Shown piece by piece: positions 51,936 to 64,000 of a stretch of DNA of 64,000 nucleotides. The stretch is from the NCBI GenBank assembly GCA_964016885.1, contig OZ024741.1, forward strand, positions 392,646,001 through 392,710,000, written 5' to 3'. Every line of letters starts with the position of its first letter. The stretch's first letter is position 1. Position numbers and translations under genes: made by a program. Source of the stretch: Eledone cirrhosa (taxonomy: Eukaryota). The notes beneath the pieces are model-generated. The model was not told where the DNA came from. It was given only the letters and a program-made list of their open reading frames with translations, and did no database searches.

Positions 51936-52134
51936 AGTTAATTGATCCATTGTTATTAGAATCTTTTCAGAGGACAAATTAAACATTCATCAATATATTG
52001 ACTAATTGATAGCATTAGTATTAGTCTAGACAAAATACATCCATTCTGCTGTCCATCCTCAAAATAATTTAGTTTGCTTTCTGAAACTATTGTAAAACAA
52101 TAAATTAATTGAATACTAAACCTTATCTTATTTA

Positions 52135-53565
52135 TTTCATTGTTCAACACAAGGTCACTGTTTCCACTTTTGATCTTCTGGTTGATAAAAATAACATTCA
52201 CCTTGGGTGAGATATGGTAGAAACAATACTGCTCTGTTTTCAACAATCCTGATATGGTTGATCTGGACAGTATTAGTGATGTTATTTCCCACCACACCAC
52301 ACTTGACATAACATTTAGCACCCCTGATATTTTAGCGGCATTAAACAAAATTAAGCACAACCTAGCAGCAGGCCCCGATAAGTTCCAAGTTAATATCCTG
52401 AAGGAGTGTGAACATTAACTTGCAACCCCTCTAGCTAATCTTTGAAGGAACTCATTGGATATTTTCTATTCCAGCATGTCATCAGTTTTCAAAATGGGAA
52501 ACAAATCCTTTACAGTGAATTTTTGTCCAATCTCATTTACCTTTCATATTTTAAAGGTATTTGAGAGGGCGGTGAAATCACAAATAATTCATTTCCTTGA
52601 AAGAAACAACCATCTGAATTCCAAACACCATGGTTTCTGTGATGACAGGGATTGCTTAATGCAGTTTCTGCATTACTTTGAGGTTATCCTAAAGGCTTTA
52701 GAAGAGGGTTTCAATACTCTTTTTATATATCTTGATTTCAGCAAAGTCTTTGAAAAGGTTGATCACAGTATCCTTTTGAAGTAACTATTCAACACTGCAG
52801 TATGTGAAAAACTTACAGTGGATTAAATGTTTTCTGGTGAACAAAGCACAGCATTGTGTGATTGAAGGAGTACAATCAAGCTCAACAAAAGTCAATATTA
52901 GCCATGAATACTGTAGTCTGCTGTGGTTTCCTCAAATGAGACAATGAATCATGGAATTTAAAGCAACCTAGAGGTCAATTACAAAAAAGAGAGATGGCAT
53001 AAAAAGCCTTGACTATTGAGGTCAACTAGAAAAATTCAAACTCTACTCTCTCCAAAACTGCCATAAGTGCTATATTATTTGTCTGACATGGAAAATATTC
53101 CATCAACATTGCCCAAATGATGTTAGCATTAACTTTAAAATCCACACAAAGCTTGGTCCTTGTGCTATCCATACTCTATAAAAATCATCCTCACTTCTCA
53201 TAACAACATTATGATAGCTACTTCACCTCAACTGGTGCTGTTCTCTTTAATATCATACTGAAATACATCAATCATCATCATCATCATCTTCATTTAACGT
53301 CCATCTTCCACACTAGCATGGGTTAGACTATATAGAAAATAACCCATAAAATTCAAAAAGGTCCCCGAAGTAATTCCCTCAAGAAATTCCAGATAAACAC
53401 CCTACACCTGTATATGACTCTAGCAACAATAACTCTTTACTAGAGCAGGTCATGGTGTCCAAATCATGACTAGAGTATGAAGCATGATTTGAAAGACTTT
53501 ACCAGGTGGTTCTATTAAGTTAAACATGACTTGGGCCAGTATTGGCCAAAACCTATCAAAGTTCT
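52135..53565 (+). mobile_element. Degraded copy of the same CR1-group family
   Basis: NFCPISFT, YLDFSKVFEKVDH; 3' end matches 3565-3700. Confidence 0.8.
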
Positions 53566-54154
53566 AAATACATATCTTTCTAGATATGTATATATATATG
53601 AGAAACGGCCGTCAATTGCTACCCTTTGCTTTTGTTGAGACCAAGTAAGTAATCATTACTTTAAAACTCATAGTAAGAGGTTTTCAAAATTTTTTAAAAT
53701 AAACATAGAGTATATTATCCAATATACTATACGTACATACATATATATATTTGTATGTATATAAGACGCCGGATAGAATGCTTTACGGTATTCGTCCAAC
53801 TCTGGGTTCAAATCCCGCTGTGGTCAACTTTGCCTCTCATCCTTTCGAGGTGGATAAAAAAAGTACCAGTCCAGTACTGGGGTCGATTCTTCCTCTATAG
53901 AAAAAAATCAGCTGTTTTCAGATCTGGAGAGGGTTGGGCTCTGCCAGGTTTAAAAGTGCCCTAGACATGCCATATGATGGTGTCCCTATGACTCCACAAG
54001 GAGTTATGGGATATATATATATATATATTGGAAATTAGGTTACCCCAGCCAGCTGCACATATTAGGTGAATGTAGTTTCTTTCAAAATAATTATCACAAT
54101 GACACAATCCCCAGGGTTTTGATACTGAGGAGAAAAAGTAGATAAACCATTTAC

Positions 54155-54256
54155 CCTTGAATCATGGGATGCTGATGTGACCATCTCTTGTAAAGCTCTA
54201 ACTGAAAGAGCCTGTTCCAGAACAAAGGCACATACTGACATATCAGGTGGTACATC
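54155..54256 (-). CDS. RyR: Ryanodine receptor N-terminal exon ([34 protein letters not shown])
   Basis: 102 nt, polypyrimidine/CAG acceptor and GTAAAT donor. Matches the RyR motif [24 protein letters not shown]. Phase 0-0. Confidence 0.93.
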
Positions 54257-54949
54257 CTGCAAAATAATAAGAAAGAAAGAGAAATCAATTTTATGTTTAT
54301 TTACATGTTTTTTTTGTTTTTTTTTTATGTAATTCAAAGATTACATAAAGTATCTATTGTCTTTTTATAAAGCCATTTATAAAAATTAATTTGAGCCCTG
54401 GAAAAAATGCCTTGTGTTTATTCCCACCAAAGTTAAGGTTGCCATTTAACTTTCTATGAAGGGAAGCCTGGATAACTGCTGTGAAGCATTTAAATCTGTT
54501 GCCAAAGCAGTCCCAGCACAACCTCACACATATACAATGCCACATGCAGGCAGTATATGTGGAATCCCGAAGGTAATGCATTAAGCAAATGCACACAAGC
54601 GCAAACATATACATATATCTAAATGTGTGGAGATAAAAGGGAAAAAAGAGTGGTATAAGAGGTGTATGAATTGGTTGTGGAAAGGAGCATATGCATGCAT
54701 GATGCAGCAGTGAACATATGTGTGTTTATGCATGTGTCTGTGTGCACAGAAGGCTAAATATTTTGTGCTGTAGGACTGATGAGTCAAAGTAGGTGAATAT
54801 CCACGTGTGCGCAGGTGTCTAATTGTTTATGGTGGTATATAAGGATATTGTGTAGATAAGTGTGGAAGTGTGGTATTGTGGTGTTGGCATGTGTGTGTGT
54901 GTACGGGGGGGGGGGGAGTATATGGAGATTAGAGAAATTGTAGAAATTA

Positions 54950-55985
54950 AAGAAGTGATGTTTGGGTTTGTGCCAGGTAAAAGTACCACGGATGCTCTTT
55001 TCCTTGTATGGCAATTACAGGAGAAGGACCTAGCTAACAGTAAATCCCTCTACTAGCTTTTGTTGACCTGGAGAAGGCCTTTGATAGAGTCCTACACACC
55101 TTAATCTGATGGACTCTTAGAAAACTAGGAGTGGAAGAATGGCTTGTGAGAGCTATACAAGCCATGTATAGAGGAACAGTCATCAAGGTTAGAATTAACA
55201 ATGAATATAGTGATGAATTTAGTGTAATAGTAGGGGTTCACCAGGGCTCCGTTCTTAGGCCCCTCCTGTTTATAATTGTCCTACAGGCTATAACAGAAGG
55301 GTTTAAGAGTGGTTGCCCATGGGAAATTCTATATGCAGATTATCTAACTCTCATAGCTGAATCCATGGCTGAACTAGAGAGGAAGTTCCAAACATGGAAG
55401 CATGGCCTAGAAACAAAAGGCCTTAGAGTCAACTTGTTTAAGACTAAGGTTCTAGTATGTAGAAAAGAGAATAGGGCACAGGTACCCTCTGGGAAATAGC
55501 CATGCTCAGTGTGTAAGAAAGGAGTAAGTAGAAACTCCATTCTATGTCCCAAATGCAAACTATGGGTACATAAAAGATGTAGTGGGATCACAGGTAAGCT
55601 ATCTAAGAATGTAGATTTTATATGTGGCCGATGGTCAGGTGCAGTAAGTAGCAAGGACCCACAGGATGCTATCTCCTTCAACTGCCCAGATGGTTCTATA
55701 GAAATAGTAGACACTTTCCGTTACCTGGGTGACAAAATCAGCAGTGGAGGAGGGTGCTCTGAAAGTGTAGTAGCCAGAGTTAGAGCAGGATGGAAAAAGT
55801 TCAGAGAGCTAATACCACTGTTGGCCATAAGGGGTTTTCCTCTAAAAATGAAAGGCAGATTGTATGATGCATGTATGCGAATGGCGATATTACATGGTAA
55901 TGAGACCTGGGTGTTGTGTGCTGAAGACCTGCGTAGATTAGAAAGAAATGAAGCTTGCATACTCCGATGGATGTGTAATGTCTTT
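54950..55985 (+). mobile_element. RTE RT/PHD fragment
   Basis: FGFVPGKSTTDALF, HQGSV, CPKCKLWVHKRC. Confidence 0.88.
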
Positions 55986-56664
55986 TCCTTAAGCATTCTC
56001 AAACAGCTCAACCAAATCAAATCAAATTTCACAAGGTAATAGTATTAGACCCCATGACTGACAACATGTAATTTTTATTTTCATTTGGATTAAAACAATA
56101 TAACATTTCATCTAAAATATTCTACTATAGTCAACTATAATAAATGGACATTTTATAACATGACGACGACATCACATTTTGTATATGAGTGTGTATGTGT
56201 CTGTGAGTGTGTGTGTTTGCGCATTTGTTACGTACGTAAGGTCTTAGTAAGTTACATACACACACATCTACACATGTGATGACTGACAAGTATATGTGTG
56301 TGAGTGTATGTGAGAGTGTATGTGTGTGTGAGTATACATACATTTCTGTGACGACTGACATAACGAAACACTGTATAAATGTATGTCTGTGTGTGTTTTT
56401 TATAAGTTTGTGTGAGTGTATGTGTGTCTGTTCGTGGGTGAAACTGTATGTGTGTGTTTGTATGAATGTATGTATGTGTGTGTGTTTTTTATAAGTGTAT
56501 ATGTGTCTGTTTGTTTATATTTATATTCTCATACCGTTAAATTAGTAGTTAATGCATTTGCTTATATTTGGTTAATTTACACTGCATTCAAAAATAATAA
56601 TTAATATATATTTCTTTTGGATGTTGATACTTATTTGTTTACAATATTGAAAAAAAAATCTCTC

Positions 56665-57283
56665 TCATACCTACAACTGTTCCTTTGAATTTAAGAGGCT
56701 TCGCTTTCCAGTCAACTAAGTTTTGTTATTTCAATTAAGGGCAGTGTATTGGCAGTATCGGTAGAGGGTCAGACGCCATGCTTTGCAGCAAAGAGTTACG
56801 GCCCTTTATGGTCTGAGTTCAAATCCCGCTGAGGTTAACTTTGCCTTTCATCCCTACGGCGTCGATAAAATAAAGTACCAGGAATACACTGGGATAATTG
56901 CTGGCCTTGTGCCAAAAGTAGAAACAGGTATTTCAATTAACAAACCTCAGGGTCTATCCCTCAAGTTAGTTGGATTTGATCTCTCTACTACATGCTTCCC
57001 CCACGGTCAACTCTATGCTGGTTGCTCATGAGTTGGAAGCGGAAACAATTTATTCATTTGGACACCAACATAAAATTACACAATGAATATTGTTTACCCT
57101 GAGGTGCTGCAAGATTGACAGATTTTCATTCCTAAATCCTATTATCATTACAATTTTGATATTCTTTTAATAAAATATAAATATTTTGAAATAATTATGA
57201 GAAAAAATATATCTTCATATTTATTGTTTACTAATCTGAATAAGAACAGCAGTAACCTGGGCAATGCCGGGTCATTCAGCTAG
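56665..57283 (+). mobile_element. Helitron 3' end (Pif1-like helicase C-terminus), interrupted by a SINE
   Basis: FKRLRFPV..SINKPQGLSL..CFPHGQLYAGCS; subterminal hairpin CCTGG-GCAATG-CCGGG and terminal CTAG. Confidence 0.8.
56739..56928 (+). mobile_element. Second tRNA-SINE family (Meta-like central domain) with 12-bp TSD TATTTCAATTAA
   Basis: GAGTTCAAATCC B box; GCCTTTCATCC..GTCGATAAAATAAAGTACCAG. Other copies near 28305, 32955, 33113, 53760 (+) and 18210, 23090, 24560, 35715, 49320 (-). Confidence 0.82.
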
Positions 57284-57786
57284 TACATTACATAAATTGT
57301 ATTTATGTCCTTATGTTCCAGTCACTCTCTTTCTCCCTAGAGATCTGCTCCAACCTCAGTTTTCAACCTGTCGCCTTCAGTAGGTTATCCTTCAGGAATT
57401 CCCACTGCTCCTCTATATTGTATGTATACATACATACATATATATATGTATTCATACATTATATACATACATAGATACATATATATATATTTATATATAT
57501 ATCATCATCATCATCAACATCATTTAACGTCTATCTTCCACGCTAGCATGGGTTAGATGGGTTTGTCCCATTCACAGGCAAGTTGGGTCGGGTGACCGTG
57601 TCACACTCATATAGGACTGTCTCTGGCTGGATGCCCTTCCTAATGGCAAACACATTTACAGTGTGTGCTAGGTGCTTTTTGCTGTGTTTTTTACATGACC
57701 ACTTTACAGTGTAGGCTGGATGTTTTGTGGTGTCAACATAATATATATATATCTGTGTGTATATACATGTCATATATATACATATA

Positions 57787-57839
<53 letters not shown>

Positions 57840-57880
57840 CATATCAAAGTGAAAATCCGAAGGCAAGGTAAAATTTCCAA

Positions 57881-57969
57881 TCATTTTAATTACAACACAT
57901 GTTTCAATAAGAGACAGATCGATCATGAAGCCATGATCAATTATCACTGATCTCATCAGGTGAAAATGA
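57881..57969 (-). ncRNA. Probable decayed hammerhead with long stem II
   Basis: TCATTTTCAC-CTGATGA-..GATCATG-GCTT-CATGATC..-GAAACA-TGTGT-TGTA-ATTAAAATGA; stem I has two mismatches; beside an (AT)n tract. Confidence 0.5.
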
Positions 57970-58143
57970 ATTGTCTTCAAATTCTTGATATGAGAGAGAA
58001 AATTAGTAATGTGCACTCACAGAGTTTATTCCCTCATTTGAAGATGAAGCAGTCAAAATGCAGCGACTGCTATCAACTTCAGTTAAGGTTATAAAACTAT
58101 CAAGTTTCTATATCCCAATAGCTGCAAAAGATGCTGGACATCA

Positions 58144-58380
58144 ATCAAATCTGTAGAAATACAGTCGGTCACAGTTAATGTGAGTGGGTACACACACACT
58201 CAACACCCACACATACCGACTCGAGGTCAAAGAAAAAAAAATATATATATACACATATCAACACAGTATCAAATCTGTAGAACTATAGACGGTCACAATT
58301 AGTGTGAGTGGGTACACACACACTCTCACACACACCGAAGCGATGTCAAAGAAAAAACAATAAATATAAGAATATACCAA
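58144..58380. repeat. ~125-bp imperfect tandem duplication
   Basis: TCAAATCTGTAGAA..GGTCACA..GTGAGTGGGTACACACACACT..GTCAAAGAAAAAA occurs twice. Confidence 0.75.
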
Positions 58381-58539
58381 CATAGCATTCACCAAAAGTT
58401 AGTTTACAAAACAACAAATGCTACATTGGCTAAATCTTAATTTGACGATGCAAATTGGAAATATTGGGTCAACCACAGCCCCATACACACACACACACTG
58501 AAGCAAGTAAGTTTAGTTCAATGTTCTGCTATACGCACC

Positions 58540-59803
58540 AGAATACCTGATGGCGACTCATGGGTGGATGTTGTTTACCTTGACTTTGCGAAAGCTTTCA
58601 ATTCTGTGCCACACAAAAGGCTTATGGCAAAACTCTCTGCAATGGGTGTGAAGGATGATCTTTTTAACTGGTTGAAGTCCTTCATTCTCAGTCAAAGAGA
58701 GGTAGTCACGGTTTTGGAACAGCATTCCTCACCATATGAGATGTAATCTGGTGTACCACAGGGATCTGTTCTTGGTTCCCTTTTGTTTGTGGCATATATT
58801 AATGACATAGATGCCAACTTAAAGAATGCCACAGTACTGAAGTACGCAGATGACATCAAGCTGTACTTTGAGATAAAAAGGACAGATCCTGAACACTTGC
58901 AATCTGACCTGGACACAATGCAACAATGGATCTCAGACTGGCAACTCAAGCTAGCTGTGGACAAGTGCACCACCATGCATTTTGGGAGTAAAAACCCAGC
59001 GTCCACATACTCCCTCCACAGCACTAATATCAAGAAGTCTTCTTGTGAACGTGACCTGGGCATTACGGTCAGCAGCAATTTGCGTTGGACGAAGTACGTC
59101 TCTAAAATTGTCAAGAGGGCCGAGGGTGTCTTAGCATCACTCAACAAGACCTTTGTCAGCCACTTTCCAGCTATCTATTTAAAGTTGTATATAGCTATGG
59201 TGCAGCCACACTTAGAATTTGCATCACCAGTCTGGAACCCCTATCTTGCTCAGAACATTGACCGCCTGGAAACTGTTCAGACCAAGCGAATACCCTCCAC
59301 CAGGCATCTACCATACTCTGAACGCCTTGCTTCCCTGGGCATGGATACATTGAAGCTCCGATGCCTGGCAACTGACTTGGTAAACACCCACAAAATTATT
59401 AACCATCTTGCCAACAACAACCCTGAGTACCTTTTTGATTTCCATGTGTCTAATACACATGGACATGCTTACAAAGTCAGAAAACAACACAGTTCCCATG
59501 ACTTTCGGAAACATTTTTTCACGCTCAGAGTTGCTGAAGCATGGAACAAACTACCTGCATCAGTTGTTAGCTGTTGAGACACTGCATCCTTTAAGGCCTC
59601 CATGCTTCCCGAGATTCGTCAACACTACACCTAATATTCCCCCTCCATACACATACACACATGTATATCATGACTCATACACTATTCACTTCCCTGACAT
59701 TTATATATTATTCTATGTACTATACATGCACCTTTGACGAGTTGTAGTGCACCTGAGCACTTTATACAATAATTTCATTATTATTATTATTATTATTATT
59801 ATT
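58540..59803 (+). mobile_element. Second CR1-group LINE, 5'-truncated, (ATT)n tail
   Basis: VYLDFAKAF, GVPQGSVLG, KYADDIKLY, PHLEFASPVWNP. Confidence 0.88.
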
Positions 59804-59999
59804 AAATGACACAGTACAATGAAGAAATATATTATTAATTTTAAGCTTGATATAGTAGGAAAAGAGGTCTTAAATGTTTCGGGTGTTAATCCTTTATCAG
59901 AAGATAGGATGAGAAATTAAAGAAGAAATAGAAGGATTGAGGGCAGGGTGGAAACGGAAAAAAAAATGCTTAGAGAAAAGTAACAGGTCCATTGATGCT

Positions 60000-60041
<42 letters not shown>

Positions 60042-60129
60042 TACACATACAAGCACACACACAGAAGCACTTCTTAAGTGGTTTAGAGGGAGAACAAGTG
60101 TGGCACATGCATGCAATTTGTTAGATCTC

Positions 60130-60722
60130 ATCATCATCATCAACATTTTAACGTCCATCTTCCACGCTAGCATGGGTTAGATGGTTTTGTTCCATTTGAT
60201 GTGGGAATGGTCAGGAGACCTTGTCCGCTCGCACAGAAGTGTCGACTGGGAGCCTTTTTATCGTGTCTCCTACACGGCCACCTTACAGTGTGGACTGTTG
60301 TGTCATCGACATAGTGGATGGAACAGGAAAGGATGGATGGGGTAGGGTGTGTAGCATAGGGTGTACATTGGGTAAAGAGGTACCTACTGACTGTAGGTTT
60401 GTATGCAATGGCAGTTGGGTCTTCTGTACAACTGCATGGCGCCAAAGGTCTCGATCCAGTGTCATTGTCTTAGAGAGGTGTAGGTAAGCAAGGTCAGTTT
60501 TTATCACCTTGTCCCAGGTTTGTTTTGGTCTACCCACTCCATAGCTTCCATTAATTTTCATTGCCCTACACTTTTTTCATACAGCTGCCATCCTTCATAC
60601 GCATCACATGTCCATACCAACGTAATTTCCTCTCCAGAACACAACATTTGATACCTCTTATGCTTAGTCTCTTTCTTAATTCGTTTATGCTTCGCCTTTC
60701 GTGCACATTACTAACATACATT
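60130..60722 (-). mobile_element. RTE 3' end
   Basis: LRWYGHVMR..GRPKQTW; (GAT)n tail. Confidence 0.8.
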
Positions 60723-60849
60723 CAAAGAATTTTATATAGAGAGAGAATATAATGTAAAACGTTTAATTAGATGTGCAACTTAACTAAACTGGGCAGATAT
60801 GAATAAAAAGTGGTGTGGTAAATAAATATATACATATACACTAGGTCCG

Positions 60850-63190
60850 AACACAATGTCACTGCCTCCATCTCTCCCACTCTCCCCATCTCTCACTATT
60901 ATGATCAAATGAAGGCCACACGATGGCCATCCCACTACCCCGGCAGACAGAATAGAGAATGCGTTTTTCCAGAGGATGGTGAGGGAGACATTCTAGTCAT
61001 TGATGCTAACACCTGTGGGTAGCCAACTTTGTGCCGATGGTGGTAAGTAGGGAGGTGGTCCTAGGGCCAAGGACACCAGAAGTCTCCACTGCTATGGGCT
61101 CGACTACAAACCCGTCGGAGAACGACTGATATTTGGAGAATTTAGCCTCCTCGGCCTGAAGTGCAGCAACACTTGGGTTAGTCACAGACTGCACAAGGTT
61201 GCCATTGGAGAATGTGTCACTGCACATGGCATCCCAAATAATGGGTTTACCACCATGGAATGGGAAGATAGTCATGCCGTATGGCCTTTTGCCATCCCCT
61301 CGGTCCAGCACCACTGGTTTGAGCTGGGGAAGGAAGCCTGCAGTATTTAAGCCATGATTTATGACCTCATTGAAAGCAGCATAGCATGGAAGGTGGCTAG
61401 CACTATAGTGAGACAGGTCAGTGGATGGAGGCTGAAAGAGTCCATGGTGGATCCACAGTGACAATTGTGTAGCTCACATATACGGAGGCTGAGACTCAGG
61501 GAAACCCCGATTCGCAAGCTATAATTATCTAGCTGCGTCAAGAAGAAGGGTAAGGCATTGAGCCAGGCACAATTGTGAGGTTGAGAGGCTGATCAAAAAC
61601 ATGCGGGGTGGTGCTGGTCTAGCTGGTGCACTAGCCTGTCCGAGGCCATATTGTACTGGATGGCATCCCATATGTTCAGGGGGGATTTGATGTCTTCAGG
61701 GGGAAGAGGAAGAGGGAGGTCTACTGGGCAGAGTCTGAGCTGGTTCCAAGTTTTGCAGGCGGCCTCGCATATCTTAATCACAGTGGGTTCCATTGTTTGT
61801 GGAGAACCCTGTTGATGTGGACAGGGCAAGAGGTTACCGATGAAATAAATGCCGGCAAAGCCAGAGAGACCAGAGACCAAGGCCACCATTTCTAACAGGT
61901 AAAGTTGCCATCCAAAGTTGTCAAACCTGATGTTGATATCTCCTCAGCTGCTACTCGGATACAAGTGTCGAGGACAGCAAGGAGAGATCTGTGGCTGTAG
62001 CAAGGAGTGCTATGAAATGTGTAGAGGAGCTTCAGCATGGCTAAGCAATTCCTCAACAGGAACAAGGCTGGATGGGCTTCAATCATGTCCAGTCGTGAGG
62101 GTCATGAGCTGCTGGAGCCTAGACCTGATGGTGGAATGGATGGCTGGCGAGAAAATTGGTGACCCGATAATGAAGACATCCTCTTTTGGGACACCTGGTG
62201 GAGAAGGGATCACATATCTGAGATTGAGGCTGCAAAGCCCTATGCATAATAGTTGATGATCACCACCTCCAACTTGGATGAGTTGACCTCAAGGCCGATT
62301 CTTGCCAGAGCAGGAATCGCCAATCATAGGTCATGGCAAACAGTCTCCATAGGCCTACCTAAAATGGCATCATCCAGGTACCCAACATTGAAAAGGACCA
62401 TGACATTCTGAGCAATGTGGTCTATACTGAAAGCAAAGAGGAGGGGACCCAAAGGGTCACCCTGTTGAACCCCAGTGGTTGAAATTATGGCTATGTCAGC
62501 AGCAAGGAGTGTGCTTGGGGCTCCATATGATAGATAGGCCAATGGGTAGGTGAAGGGGGCTCAGCGGAGGCAGGCATCAAGCAGATGGTCATGGTGTAGG
62601 CAGTTAAATGCATTCCTCATGTCAAGCTTGACAATGAGGTGCCTGGCGTCCTTTGACATCTGTTGAAGAACTGCCAGGCTGCATATGTGGCACCCTCACA
62701 CTCCAACCCCTAGTTGCACCAGTTTGAGCTCCTCGCCCAGTTCATATTCTGGAAGACATTGCCCACAGTGATGAGGTGTATGCCACCCTCTTTCTTCCTG
62801 AGAGCAGTCAGGCTGGCTGAAAAGAAGAAGCCACGGGCGTAAAGGTCGAGGGCACCATGAATGAACTTGTTGATGAGTGCCACAACTGCACTCAGAAAGC
62901 GGTGCCTGGTTTTGGCTGATAGGGGGATAGCTGCACTTTAAGTTGGCCAGGTCGGAGACCATCAGTTCCTCCACTGCTTCAGGCAGGGAAGGACTTAATG
63001 GCAGACATGATGTCTGTCTGATGCTACAAAGAGCAGGTGAGGATCAGAAATGTATGGGTCTGAGGTTTGTGGGTGGCTGAGAATGCTTGAGCTGAAGATC
63101 AGCTAGGACCTCCTTCGTGGCATGGAATGGTGTCCTCCGAGGTGACCATTCTGAGTGTGGCTAAGACATTACTCTAAATTAGTTTGGTGT
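60850..63190 (-). mobile_element. CRE-clade non-LTR retrotransposon relic
   Basis: GVQQGDPLGPLLF, YLDDA, DGKRPYGMTIFPF..GK.IIWDA, PIAVETSG. Confidence 0.8.
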
Positions 63191-63194
63191 TTAC

Positions 63195-63660
63195 ACAGTC
63201 GCAGTTTGGATTTGTGCTAGGTAAAAGTACCACGGATGCTCTCTTCCTCATAAAGCAACATCAGGAGAAGTACCTAGCTAAAAGTAAAGACCTCTATTTA
63301 GCTTTTGTTAACTTGGAGAAAGCCTTTGACAGAGTCCCCTGTTCCATTATCTGATGGGCTCTTAGAAACCTAGGACTAGATGAGTGGCTTGTGAAAGCAG
63401 TACAAGCCATGTATAGAGGAATAGTCAGCAAGGTTAGAATTAACAATGACTATAGGGAAGAACTTAGTGTACAGGTAGGTGTTCATCAGGTCTCCATCCT
63501 TAACTCTCTCCTGTCTATTATTGTTCTGCAGGCTATAACAGAAAAGTTTAAGACTGGCTGCCAATGGGAACTTCTGTATGCAGATGATCTAATTCTCATA
63601 GCTAAATCTATGGCAGAATTAAAGAAGAAATTCCAAATCTGGAAGCATGGCCTAGAATCA
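63195..63660 (+). mobile_element. RTE RT fragment
   Basis: QFGFV..LEKAFDRVP..WELLYADDL. Confidence 0.82.
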
Positions 63661-63814
63661 CAAGCTGTGCTGTGCCAGTGACCGATCATTACCTGTTTGT
63701 TGAACACTGGCTTTGAGGAACAATCAACATGTTTCTGGGTCATCACCCTTCATCAGGACTGTATACCTATCTGTCAGTCTGTTGAACAGTTGAAAATATA
63801 TAGTATTTTCTTAA

Positions 63815-63946
63815 GTATACATCGGCTGAGTAGCCTCATTTGCATACCCAGGGAGTACGGCTGGCCTTGCCGAATATTAAAGATAAAATAAGAATTTTAT
63901 TTCTCGCTCTAATACAGCTGATACATAAATGTAAGTAAGCAGACGT

Positions 63947-63950
<4 letters not shown>
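63815..63950 (-). mobile_element. ACTAGT-family diverged fragment
   Basis: Reverse complement resembles 820-945. Confidence 0.55.

Positions 63951-64000
<50 letters not shown>

Noticed and set aside
54062-54337. 91-aa ORF as a standalone gene
   Set aside because: Only 54155-54256 is exon; the rest is intronic read-through.

Overview
AT-rich, repeat-dense animal genomic DNA. An octopus/coleoid origin is inferred from the (AT)n microsatellites and the LINE/SINE repertoire, not proven. The only host gene is a ryanodine receptor on the minus strand: three GT-AG exons (54155-54256, 22541-22612, 18080-18155) splice in frame into the RyR N-terminal domain, so essentially the whole window is RyR intron. 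The introns hold many RTE-clade LINEs (with a PHD-like finger), CR1-group LINEs (one 5'-inverted), Dong/R4, Tx1-like and CRE relics, Tigger and Helitron relics, and two tRNA-derived SINE families. Main discovery: at least six sequence-unrelated, non-coding fold-back or tandem elements embedded in (AT)n tracts. Each carries a minimal type I hammerhead ribozyme (HHR) with a family-specific palindromic stem III, and most occur as inverted pairs that place a ribozyme on both strands. They include a 310-bp HHR tandem array (retrozyme-like). A decayed Penelope-type GIY-YIG ORF nearby points to Penelope-like elements (PLEs) as the mobilising machinery. Most ORFs in the supplied track are microsatellite artefacts. 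All folds and family calls were made by eye.
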